64,000 nucleotides of DNA, from assembly GCA_002792535.1 (NCBI GenBank), contig PFOM01000036.1:11936-75935 (forward strand), in the 5' to 3' direction. Each line of letters begins with the position of its first letter. Within the stretch, counting starts at the first letter, position 1. The DNA is from Candidatus Peregrinibacteria bacterium CG_4_10_14_0_2_um_filter_38_24. GTDB taxonomy: Bacteria; Patescibacteriota; Gracilibacteria; UBA1369; LOWO2-01-FULL-3. Made by a program: the position numbers and the translations under genes. The notes under the pieces are model-generated. The model did no database searches and had not been told where the DNA came from. It saw nothing but the letters and a program-made list of their open reading frames with translations. Shown one piece after another: positions 1 to 8,968 of this stretch.

Positions 1-1170
1 CGAACAACACTAAAATTCACAACAGAAATAAAACAAGTATTCATTTCTTGGTTTATTTGGGCCGCATTTTGCGTAACATATTTCTTTTTCACACGCACAT
101 TCCCCTTCTCAAGACTCGCGATTTTATATAGCTGGTCTCTAACATTTTCATTCATCATCGTCGGACGCGGAATAATAAAAATCATACAATTAATATTGCT
201 AAAAAAAGGCATAGGCAAAAGAAAATTACTCTTTATTGGCAAAAATGAAATCACAAACGAAATCTACAAACAATTAAAAAAAGATGCGCGATACAAAATC
301 GTAGAAATCATCGAAAAACCAAGCCAACTTGAATACACAATCAATCACAAAAATATCGATGAAATAATTCAAACCGATTCAAAAATAAACGCAAAAGACA
401 ACGAAGAAATCCTTCAACTCTGCGATTTAAACCACATTTCGTATAAATTCGTACCTGACCTTGTCGATGTACGCCGCTCAAACATCTCGATCTCGACCAT
501 CGGTCGTGTACCGATAATCTCACTAAAACCGACTCCACTCGAAGGTTGGGGTAGAGTCATAAAAAGATGCATCGATTTTTTTGGCTCACTGATATTATTA
601 ATCATACTCTCCCCTGTTTTTCTTCTCACAGCTATCGCAATAAGATTAAATTCAAAAGGCCCAACCTTTTTCACAAAAAAAGACGACGGCGAGCGCGTAA
701 AAAGAGTCGGACAATTCGGAGAACTCTTCAATTTCTACAAATTCAGATCAATGTATCCGAAAACAGACAGCATGAGATACAAAGAACTTTCCTCAAGCAA
801 TACACGAAAAGACAGCCCACTCGTAAAAATAAAAAACGACCCGAGAGTCACAAAAGTCGGCAAATTCATTCGCAGATATTCAATCGATGAACTCCCACAA
901 TTATTTAGCGTTTTAGTCGGAGACATGAGCCTCACAGGCCCACGTCCACATTTACCTGAAGAAGTCGCAAAATACGAAAAAAATCACAAATTCGTCCTCA
1001 CAATAAAACCCGGAGTCACCGGAATCTCACAAATAAGCGGCCGCAGTGATCTCCCCTTTGAAGAAGAAATCAAACTCGACCGCTATTATATTGAAAACTG
1101 GTCCATCATCTTCGATCTCAAAATACTCATCAAAACAATCTTCGTCGTCCTAAAAGGCCACACAGAATAA
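1..1170 (+). CDS. Polyprenyl-phosphate glycosylphosphotransferase (bacterial sugar transferase family, WbaP-like); 5' end lies outside the window
   Basis: Frame 1 is open from base 1, so the TTG at 196 in the ORF track is not the real start. The upstream part is hydrophobic (FISWFIWAAFCVTYFFF, SWSLTFSFIIVGRGIIKI). The C-terminal domain has the family signatures KFRSMY, DELPQLFSVLVGDMSLTGPRP, KPGVTGISQISGRSDL and LDRYYIENWS. Confidence 0.85.
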   Translation, partial: RTTLKFTTEIKQVFISWFIWAAFCVTYFFFTRTFPFSRLAILYSWSLTFSFIIVGRGIIKIIQLILLKKGIGKRKLLFIGKNEITNEIYKQLKKDARYKIVEIIEKPSQLEYTINHKNIDEIIQTDSKINAKDNEEILQLCDLNHISYKFVPDLVDVRRSNISISTIGRVPIISLKPTPLEGWGRVIKRCIDFFGSLILLIILSPVFLLTAIAIRLNSKGPTFFTKKDDGERVKRVGQFGELFNFYKFRSMYPKTDSMRYKELSSSNTRKDSPLVKIKNDPRVTKVGKFIRRYSIDELPQLFSVLVGDMSLTGPRPHLPEEVAKYEKNHKFVLTIKPGVTGISQISGRSDLPFEEEIKLDRYYIENWSIIFDLKILIKTIFVVLKGHTE

Positions 1171-1833
1171 TTACACAGAAGCCGCAGAACCGGTATCTGC
1201 ACTCTTTTTAGCACCTTTCCTCTTCAACAATCTTCCATCTCTACCAAGACCAACAGCCTTTCTTGCACGAGCAAGTTGTAAATTAAAAACACCAACATCC
1301 ATCTCTACGACCTTTTCACCATTTTCACCTTCTTTGAGCCCTTCCCTTTTCTCAGCCTTTTGTGCACGAGCAAGTTGTAAATCGAAAGCACGTCTCTCTT
1401 GTTCTGCAACCTCTGCCTCAGAAATAAATTCTTCACATTCAGGCTTATTAAAACCACCTCTGCTTCCTATTACAACAACACCAACTGCATCAACACGTAA
1501 GCCAACATAATCAGCAATGACATCAGGGTCAGAAAAACCTGATTCCAAAGCCCCCTTTCCAGTCAACATATCCAATTCCGGAGCATCTCTCAAATCAGGA
1601 AACACACTACAAACTTTTTTAGGGACAGAACCACCAACAGAAGAATCAGGAATTTCAACAAAATATTTTGAACGGACAGAAGGCATTGAAACCCCAGCAA
1701 CACGAGCCCTAACAGGCTTTCCAGCATTCTCAATCATTCTTTTTGAAGCATCTCTCTCCCACACAAAGACTTCATTAGATCGAACATCGAATTCAGCACC
1801 ATCCGATCCTGTAAAACTATTTAATCCTGCCAT
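1171..1833 (-). CDS. Hypothetical protein with an internal duplicated F(D/N)LQLARA(Q/R)KA peptide
   Basis: A 220-aa ORF whose only competitor is an antisense shadow ORF. Its stop abuts the stop of the convergent sugar transferase gene. No family recognised. By eye it looks richer in G+C than its neighbours. Confidence 0.45.
   Translation of the reverse strand: MAGLNSFTGSDGAEFDVRSNEVFVWERDASKRMIENAGKPVRARVAGVSMPSVRSKYFVEIPDSSVGGSVPKKVCSVFPDLRDAPELDMLTGKGALESGFSDPDVIADYVGLRVDAVGVVVIGSRGGFNKPECEEFISEAEVAEQERRAFDLQLARAQKAEKREGLKEGENGEKVVEMDVGVFNLQLARARKAVGLGRDGRLLKRKGAKKSADTGSAASV
1264..1382. repeat. 20-nt direct repeat tgcacgagcaagttgtaaat (1264-1283 and 1363-1382), 99 nt apart, inside the hypothetical gene
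   Basis: Both copies read directly from the sequence. The spacing is exactly 33 codons, and the repeat encodes the duplicated LQLARA peptide on the minus strand. Confidence 0.9.
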
Positions 1834-1976
1834 TTTATTTTTAAATTAAATTATACTAGGCGCCCATTTTAAACATTTTCCCATCTTTGTCAATCATAAA
1901 ACTCCTTCAAGAAACAAAAATAGTGCTAGAATCTTCCAGCACAAACGATATTCAAAAAATTCACGAAAATTTTTAT

Positions 1977-4634
1977 ATGATTCAAAAAATACTAAACAAA
2001 CTTTTGGGAGATCCGAACGAGAAAGCCCTAAAAAAGATAAGACCTCTAGTCCAAGAGATACTTGCGATAGAAGAAAAATACCAAAAAGAAATCACGACGC
2101 AGGAGCAAGTAAAAGCCAAAACTGAAGAATTCAAAGAAAGACTCAAAAATGGCGAAACATTAGACCAAATTTTACCTGAAGCCTTCGCCTTGGTAAAAAC
2201 CGCATGCCGCCATCTCATGGGCAAATCTTGGACGGCAAAAGGACGCGAAGTGACTTGGGACATGATCCCCTACGACGTCCAGCTAATCGGAGGAATAGTC
2301 CTTCACCAAGGCAATATCGCCGAAATGAAAACCGGTGAAGGAAAAACTCTCGTTTGTACAATGCCGATTTATTTGAACGCACTTTTAGGCCGCGGCGCAT
2401 ACTTAGTCACAGTAAATGATTACTTGGCACATCGTGACGCGGAATGGATGGGCGGACTTTACAATTATTTGGGACTTTCAGTCGGCGTCACAGTCCACGG
2501 AATGAGCCATGCACAGAAAAAAGAAGCATACGCATGCGACATTACTTATGGAACAAACAACGAATTCGGATTCGATTATCTTCGTGACAACATGGTCACC
2601 GACAAAGAAGAAATCACGCAAAGAGACCTTTATTATGCGATTGTCGATGAGGTCGACTCGATTTTGATTGATGAAGCCAGAACTCCTTTGATCATCTCAA
2701 CTCAAGCCGAAGAATCCACATCAAAATACCAAAAACATTCAAAATTAATCCAAAATCTTGAAGAAAATACAGATTACGTAATTGACGAAAAGCTAAAAAC
2801 CGCAACGCTTACAGAAGCCGGAATCGTAAAAATGGAAGGACTTCTTGGAGTAGAAAATATTTACACGGAATCCGGATTTGAAGAAGTCCACCACCTTGAA
2901 CAAGCACTTCGCGCAAAGGCATGCTACAAAAACGACATCGACTACATAATCAAAGACGGTGAAATCTTAATTATTGATGAATTTACCGGACGCTTAATGC
3001 CGGGACGAAGATACTCTCACGGCCTTCATCAAGCCATCGAAGCAAAAGAAAACGTAGAAATAAAACGCGAATCCAAAACACTGGCAACAGTTTCATTCCA
3101 AAACTATTTCAGACTTTTCGAACGCTTGGGAGGTATGACAGGAACAGCGCTCACGGAAGCAGAAGAGTTTTATCAAATTTATGGCTTAGACACAATCGTA
3201 ATCCCATCAAACAGAAAAATACAAAGACTAGACAAAACAGATGCAATTTACAAAACATTCAAAGGAAAAATGTTAGCCGCAACAAAACTTGTAAAAGAAC
3301 TTAACAAAAAAGGACAGCCAGTTTTGGTCGGTACAGTTTCAGTCGAAAAATCAGAAATATTGAGCAAACTTTTCACACTTGAAGGGATTCCACACACAGT
3401 ATTGAATGCAAAAAATCATGAGAAAGAAGCCGAAATCGTATCAAACGCAGGACAAAAAGGTGCAGTCACAATCGCCACAAATATGGCAGGACGTGGAACA
3501 GATATTAAACTTGAAAAAGGTGTCCAAGACCTCGGCGGACTTTTCGTTTTAGGAACAGAAAGACATGAAGCTAGGCGCATCGACAATCAGTTACGTGGAC
3601 GTAGTGGACGTCAAGGAGACCCTGGAGCAAGCCAATTTTTGACATCCATGGATGACGATTTGATGAGACTTTTTGGTGGAGACAAAATCAAAGGAATGAT
3701 GGAACTTTTGAAAGTTCCGGAAGACATGCCTATTGAAAATTCAATAATTTCCCGCTCAATTGAAGGCGCCCAGAAAAAAGTTGAGGGCCACAATTTCGAC
3801 ATAAGAAAGCACCTCGTCGAATACGATGACATCATGAATATCCACAGAAACATCATCTACAAACAACGCAAAAATTATCTTTTCAAAGACGAAATCAAAG
3901 AAGATATCATACAAATGATCACAGAATCGGCGGAAAATATTGTCATAAATAATATCGCACACAGAGACGCTAAAGATTGGAACAAAAAAGAAATTTTCGA
4001 AGCATTAACTGCAATTCACAAAGACGACAATGCTCTCACGCAAGAGCAAATCAACACAATAATATACGAAGACGAACTTATCGAAAAAGCAAAATCATAT
4101 CTTTTGGAAGCATACAAAAAACGTGAAAAATCATTACCGGATCCAAAAATTTTACGAGGAATCGAAAAAGCAGTAATTCTCCGCTCAACAGATACATTAT
4201 GGATGGATCATATCGACACAATGCAAAACCTAAGAGAAAGCGTCGCATTCAGCGGCTACGCGCAAAAAGATCCTCTAACCGAATACAAAGCGCTTAGCTT
4301 CGAGCTTTTCAATGAACTCATGGCGATGATCAACTCCAACACATTAAACACCCTTTTCAAAATCGATCTCGAAAAAGTAGTTCCACAAGAAATGCTAAAA
4401 AGAGCTGAAATAAAACAAATCCAAACAAATGACGCAGAAATAGAAAAACCACTTTCCTCAAAAAATCCGGTAATAGTAAAAACCTCAGGCGCAACCGGCT
4501 CACAACTCACAGAACGCGCATCAACAGGCGGCACAGTAATCCACATGTCCGACAAAGATTCCGGCCCTGTCGTAGGCCGAAACGACCCTTGTCCATGCGG
4601 TAGCGGCAAAAAACACAAGAAATGTTGCGGGTGA
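1977..4634 (+). CDS. secA: Preprotein translocase ATPase SecA
   Basis: Motor motifs MKTGEGKTL (Walker A), DEVDSILIDEARTPLIIS and TNMAGRGTDIKL. C-terminal zinc-binding tail CPCGSGKKHKKCCG. The ATG at 1977 gives a canonical N-terminus (MIQKILNKLLGDPNEKALKK). The TTG at 1887 in the ORF track adds 30 residues that look non-conserved. Confidence 0.97.
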   Translation: MIQKILNKLLGDPNEKALKKIRPLVQEILAIEEKYQKEITTQEQVKAKTEEFKERLKNGETLDQILPEAFALVKTACRHLMGKSWTAKGREVTWDMIPYDVQLIGGIVLHQGNIAEMKTGEGKTLVCTMPIYLNALLGRGAYLVTVNDYLAHRDAEWMGGLYNYLGLSVGVTVHGMSHAQKKEAYACDITYGTNNEFGFDYLRDNMVTDKEEITQRDLYYAIVDEVDSILIDEARTPLIISTQAEESTSKYQKHSKLIQNLEENTDYVIDEKLKTATLTEAGIVKMEGLLGVENIYTESGFEEVHHLEQALRAKACYKNDIDYIIKDGEILIIDEFTGRLMPGRRYSHGLHQAIEAKENVEIKRESKTLATVSFQNYFRLFERLGGMTGTALTEAEEFYQIYGLDTIVIPSNRKIQRLDKTDAIYKTFKGKMLAATKLVKELNKKGQPVLVGTVSVEKSEILSKLFTLEGIPHTVLNAKNHEKEAEIVSNAGQKGAVTIATNMAGRGTDIKLEKGVQDLGGLFVLGTERHEARRIDNQLRGRSGRQGDPGASQFLTSMDDDLMRLFGGDKIKGMMELLKVPEDMPIENSIISRSIEGAQKKVEGHNFDIRKHLVEYDDIMNIHRNIIYKQRKNYLFKDEIKEDIIQMITESAENIVINNIAHRDAKDWNKKEIFEALTAIHKDDNALTQEQINTIIYEDELIEKAKSYLLEAYKKREKSLPDPKILRGIEKAVILRSTDTLWMDHIDTMQNLRESVAFSGYAQKDPLTEYKALSFELFNELMAMINSNTLNTLFKIDLEKVVPQEMLKRAEIKQIQTNDAEIEKPLSSKNPVIVKTSGATGSQLTERASTGGTVIHMSDKDSGPVVGRNDPCPCGSGKKHKKCCG

Positions 4635-4650
4635 GAACGAATCCCTATTG

Positions 4651-4679
4651 AGAAAAATATGAATATTTGATATTTTTCT
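4651..4679. repeat. Perfect 10-bp AT-rich inverted repeat (AGAAAAATAT-N9-ATATTTTTCT) between secA and purL; possible weak terminator or operator
   Basis: Read directly: 4651-4660 is the reverse complement of 4670-4679. Confidence 0.5.
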
Positions 4680-4710
4680 AGTGCGGGCAGATTTTTAAAC
4701 ATTGTTAAAA

Positions 4711-7700
4711 ATGGCATATAGGATCGAAGTTGTTACTCACGTAAATGACACACGTTCGGAAGTTATGAGAAAAAACCTTGTATCAGAAGGTTTTGCCATC
4801 GAAACCGCAAAAGTCCTCGAAGTCTACACCGTAAACAAAAATTTCAATTCAGAAGAGATCAAAAAGATCGCAGAAATTTTATCAAATCCGATTTCTCAAA
4901 AATTTAAAATTGTTACAAAATCAAATTTAGACCGCAATGTACTAGATAAAGTACATGAGGAGCTAAATTCGGGTTTTAACGAAGTAGCTCCGAAAGTTTT
5001 TGATTTTGCGCTAGAAATAGGCTTTTTGCCGGGAGTAACGGACAACATCGCAACCACAACAAAAGAAAGTATTGAAGGACTTACGAAACAAAAATTCATC
5101 GAAGAAGAAAGCGTTCACACGTCGACATTGATATTCTTGAAAGGAAAAATCACAGAAGAAGATACAAAAAAAATTGGCAATATTCTCGCGAATAAATTGA
5201 TTCAAAGAATTCACGTAAAAGACAAAACTTCATTTGAGAAAGACAACGGAATGGATTTGATAATTCCAAAAGTTCATCTTTCCTCAGAAATCGAGATCAC
5301 AAAAATCGACCTAAATATTTCAGAAGAAGAACTATTAAAACTTGGAAAAGAAGGAATTTTAAATCACGACGGAACACGCCGCGGCCCATTAGCACTTGAG
5401 AAAGATTACCTCTACGCAATCAAACAATATTTTGAAAAAGAAGATCGTTCCCCTACCGATATAGAACTCGAATCACTTGCACAAACTTGGTCAGAACACT
5501 GCAAACACACAATCTTTGCCGCAGAAATCGATGAGATAAAAGATGGCTTATACAAAGGCTATATCAAAAAAGCAACAATCGATATTCGCAACAAAAAAGG
5601 AAAAGATGATTTTTGTGTTTCAGTTTTTTCAGACAATTCCGGAGCAATAATTTTTGATGAAAATTATTTAATCACAGACAAAGCCGAAACCCACAACAGC
5701 CCATCAGCACTCGATCCATTCGGCGGTGCAATCACCGGAATCGTAGGAGTAAACAGAGACACAATTGGCTTCGGTAAGGGCGCAAAGCCGGTTCTGAATA
5801 AATACGGATTTTGCGTTGGACTACCGGACGACGAAGAACCAATTTACAGAGATAAAGATTTAAAAGAAGCTTCACTAACTCCAAAAAGAATTTTCGAAGG
5901 AGTTATTGCGGGAGTAAACGCAGGCGGAAACCAAAGCGGAATTCCAACTCCTCAAGGATTTTCTTATTTTCACAAAGACTACAAAGGCAAACCACTTATT
6001 TTTGTAGGAACAGTCGGACTTATTCCAAAGATTATAAATGGTAAACCTTCACACGAAAAAAGCGCGCATAAAGGCGATAAAATAGTAATAATTGGAGGAC
6101 GAACAGGACAAGACGGGATCCACGGCGCAACATTTTCATCAGAAACACTATCAGCAGAAAGTCCTGCAACCGCAGTGCAAATCGGCGATCCGATTACCCA
6201 GAAAAAATTCTCAGACGCGATAATAAAAGAAGCTAGAGAAATGGATTTATACAATTCAATTACGGACGACGGAGCAGGAGGACTTTCATCCTCAGTCTCA
6301 GAAATGGCTAAAGAATGCGGTGGATGCGAAGTCGATTTAGAAACAGTTCCGTTAAAATATCCAAACTTAGAACCATGGAAAATATGGATTAGTGAATCAC
6401 AAGAAAGAATGACACTTTCAATTCCTGAAGAAAAACTAGAAAAATTCATAGAGCTAATGAACCGCCGTGAAGTTGAATCAACAGTCATCGGAACATTCAC
6501 AGATAGCGGAAGATGCATCATCAAATACAAAGACGAAAAAATAATGGATATAAGTATGGATTTCCTTCATAACGGACTTCCAAAAAAGACATTACGCGCA
6601 ACTTACACAAAAATTGAACGCAAAGAAAAAGCACTACCAGAGCCAGAAAATCTCACAGAAACACTTCTTGAATTATTAAAAAATCCAAATATCGCAAGTA
6701 CTGAATTTATTTCAAGACAATATGATCATGTCGTTCAAGGAGGCGCAGTTTTAGGACCACTACACGGAAAAGGCAGAGTTATATCCCCTGCTTCCGTCAC
6801 AAAACCAATGATCGAAACTACAAAAGGAGCCGTATGCTCACAAGGACTTTATCCAAAATATTCTGAAATAGACACTTACGACATGGCCGCATGCGCTATA
6901 GATACAGCAGTAAGAAATTCTATCGCAATCGGAGGAAAACTTTCACACATGGCATTGATGGACAATTTCTGCTGGTGTAGCTCAAACGAACCTGAAAGAT
7001 TAGGCCAATTAAAAGCCGCAGCAAAAGCTTGTTACGATTATGCTGTAGCCTACAGAACGCCTTATATATCAGGAAAAGACTCAATGTTTAACGACTTCAA
7101 CGGCTTCGACAAAAACGGAAAAGCAATCAAAATTTCAGCACCTCCAACACTTTTAGTTTCATCATTAAGCGTAATGGATGATGTAACAAAAGCAGTTTCA
7201 TTAGATACAAAATTCGCCGGAGATTTAGTCTACATACTCGGAGAAACAAAAGATGAACTTGCTGGAAGTGAATATTTCCCCGAAGGTGAAAATATTCCAA
7301 AAGTAAATGCGATCTCTGCAAAAAAACTTTACGAAAAAGTTGAAGAAGCAATTTTAAAAAACATGATTGCCTCTGCCCTAAGCCCTTCACATGGAGGACT
7401 CGCGGCAACATTCGCGAAAAAAACAATCGCAGGACAACTGGGAATGGAAATAGATTTGAACAAAATTCCACGCGAAAAAGATCTACAAAGAAATGATTTT
7501 ATTTTATTTTCAGAGACTCAATCAAGGTTTGTAGTTACAATAAATCCAAAGAAAAAAGAAGAATTTGAAAAACTTTTCAAAAACGAATCTTTCGCAGGTA
7601 TAGGCCAAATTCTCGACTCTCAAAAATTCACAATCAAAGGCACAAACGGCAAAACAATCATCGACACAAATGTAAAAGATTTAGAAGAAGCGTACAAATT

Positions 7701-7719
7701 CACATTTAAAGATTACTAA
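4711..7719 (+). CDS. purL: Phosphoribosylformylglycinamidine (FGAM) synthase, PurL core fused to two N-terminal PurS-like modules
   Basis: The PurL core starts near residue 225 (LESLAQTWSEHCKHTIF, ETHNSPSALDPFGGAITG, SGKDSMFN). The preceding ~225 residues form two ~85-100-aa modules with PurS-like character (MAYRIEVVTHVNDTRSEV..., ALEIGFLPGVTDNIATTTKESI...). The ATG at 4711 is preferred to the TTG at 4702. Confidence 0.9.
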   Translation: MAYRIEVVTHVNDTRSEVMRKNLVSEGFAIETAKVLEVYTVNKNFNSEEIKKIAEILSNPISQKFKIVTKSNLDRNVLDKVHEELNSGFNEVAPKVFDFALEIGFLPGVTDNIATTTKESIEGLTKQKFIEEESVHTSTLIFLKGKITEEDTKKIGNILANKLIQRIHVKDKTSFEKDNGMDLIIPKVHLSSEIEITKIDLNISEEELLKLGKEGILNHDGTRRGPLALEKDYLYAIKQYFEKEDRSPTDIELESLAQTWSEHCKHTIFAAEIDEIKDGLYKGYIKKATIDIRNKKGKDDFCVSVFSDNSGAIIFDENYLITDKAETHNSPSALDPFGGAITGIVGVNRDTIGFGKGAKPVLNKYGFCVGLPDDEEPIYRDKDLKEASLTPKRIFEGVIAGVNAGGNQSGIPTPQGFSYFHKDYKGKPLIFVGTVGLIPKIINGKPSHEKSAHKGDKIVIIGGRTGQDGIHGATFSSETLSAESPATAVQIGDPITQKKFSDAIIKEAREMDLYNSITDDGAGGLSSSVSEMAKECGGCEVDLETVPLKYPNLEPWKIWISESQERMTLSIPEEKLEKFIELMNRREVESTVIGTFTDSGRCIIKYKDEKIMDISMDFLHNGLPKKTLRATYTKIERKEKALPEPENLTETLLELLKNPNIASTEFISRQYDHVVQGGAVLGPLHGKGRVISPASVTKPMIETTKGAVCSQGLYPKYSEIDTYDMAACAIDTAVRNSIAIGGKLSHMALMDNFCWCSSNEPERLGQLKAAAKACYDYAVAYRTPYISGKDSMFNDFNGFDKNGKAIKISAPPTLLVSSLSVMDDVTKAVSLDTKFAGDLVYILGETKDELAGSEYFPEGENIPKVNAISAKKLYEKVEEAILKNMIASALSPSHGGLAATFAKKTIAGQLGMEIDLNKIPREKDLQRNDFILFSETQSRFVVTINPKKKEEFEKLFKNESFAGIGQILDSQKFTIKGTNGKTIIDTNVKDLEEAYKFTFKDY

Positions 7720-7720
7720 C

Positions 7721-8620
7721 ATGTCAAACAACGATATAACTTTAGGGAAAGATCGCTTTCGCAGAGACATTCCGCAAACAACTTCGTTGTCGAGGACGTC
7801 TCAAGGAAGCGTAGCTTTACCTAAAGTTCTTGTTCTGACTGGCTACGGAATAAACTGCGAAGAAGAAACTGCAAAAGCTTTTGAATTGTCCGGAGGACTT
7901 CCAACAATAGTTCACATAAATGACCTGATTGAAAACCCAAAGATGCTTGACGACTACCAAATCATGGTTTTCCCGGGAGGTTTTTCATACGGAGATGACA
8001 CAGGTTCAGGAAACGCACTCGCAAACAAAATCAAAAATAATATCGAAAAAGAAATCCTAGATTTCGCAAAACAAGACAGATTAATCATCGGAATTTGTAA
8101 CGGATTCCAAATCTTAACAAACCTCGGACTCGTTCCTGCAAAAGAAAATAAATATGGAAAACGCCAAGCAGTCCTCATGCACAACGCACACGCACGTTAC
8201 GAATGCCGCTGGATTAAGCTAAAAAACACATCTCAAAAATGCGTATGGACTCGAAACATCGACACACTACACTGCCCTATCGCACATGGCGAAGGAAATT
8301 TTTATGCAGAAAAAGAAGTCATCGATAGCCTGATAAAAAACGACCAAATCGCATTCAAATATATCAAAGACGACAACTCTCCTGCCAACCAAGAGTTCCC
8401 ATTCAATCCAAATGGCACAATGCTCGACATCGCAGGAATATGCGACGAAACAGGCCGTATCTTCGGTCTAATGCCACATCCGGAAAGATTCAATTCATTT
8501 ACAAACGAAGACGGTTGGACCCTTGAAAAAGAACATCTCCTCCGCGAAGGCAAAGAACTTCCAACTCTAGGCAAGGGTTTGCAAGTCTTCAAAAACGCGA
8601 TAGAATACTTTACGAAATAG
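7721..8620 (+). CDS. purQ: FGAM synthase glutamine amidotransferase subunit PurQ (long form)
   Basis: Class I amidotransferase nucleophile context GICNGFQIL and MPHPER His/Glu context. Starts 1 nt after the purL stop. At 299 aa it is longer than the ~225-aa stand-alone PurQ I remember. Confidence 0.88.
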   Translation: MSNNDITLGKDRFRRDIPQTTSLSRTSQGSVALPKVLVLTGYGINCEEETAKAFELSGGLPTIVHINDLIENPKMLDDYQIMVFPGGFSYGDDTGSGNALANKIKNNIEKEILDFAKQDRLIIGICNGFQILTNLGLVPAKENKYGKRQAVLMHNAHARYECRWIKLKNTSQKCVWTRNIDTLHCPIAHGEGNFYAEKEVIDSLIKNDQIAFKYIKDDNSPANQEFPFNPNGTMLDIAGICDETGRIFGLMPHPERFNSFTNEDGWTLEKEHLLREGKELPTLGKGLQVFKNAIEYFTK

Positions 8621-8636
8621 CCTCTCAAATTTTCCA

Positions 8637-8930
8637 ATGAAAATCATAATAACAACGAACAAAAACAGATCCACAACAATATTATCAAAAATCTCAATGT
8701 TTTTTTTTGGCGCATTCGTTACCGCAATTCTTTGGGCACTTCTTTCAAAATATTTAGGAGAATATGGAATCATAACAGGTCTACTTTCAATGATAACACT
8801 CATATTTCTCGGATTCAAAAAAACACAAAAAAACACATACCCAAGAATCATAGTCTACGGCATGCTCTCAACAACAATCCTCGCCTCGATCTTGATTTTA
8901 GGCTTCCTGTTAATAGTAAAGACAGCCTAG
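8637..8930 (+). CDS. Small membrane protein, hypothetical
   Basis: A 97-aa ORF with three hydrophobic helices (FFFGAFVTAILWALL, IITGLLSMITLIFLGF, MLSTTILASILILGFLLIV). No family recognised. Confidence 0.4.
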   Translation: MKIIITTNKNRSTTILSKISMFFFGAFVTAILWALLSKYLGEYGIITGLLSMITLIFLGFKKTQKNTYPRIIVYGMLSTTILASILILGFLLIVKTA

Positions 8931-8968
8931 AAGAATCACGAGAAGAAACATATCTGTCATCTTTCCCT

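Noticed and set aside
1887-1976. Upstream alternative starts given by the ORF track (secA TTG 1887, purL TTG 4702, DUF2207 24457, aldolase 41962, tsaC 44808, serS 58027)
   Set aside because: In each case an internal ATG reproduces the conserved family N-terminus. The extra residues are non-conserved or overlap the preceding gene.
5979-6530. 183-aa minus-strand ORF inside purL
   Set aside because: It is fully contained in the conserved PurL core coding region on the opposite strand and has no family features.
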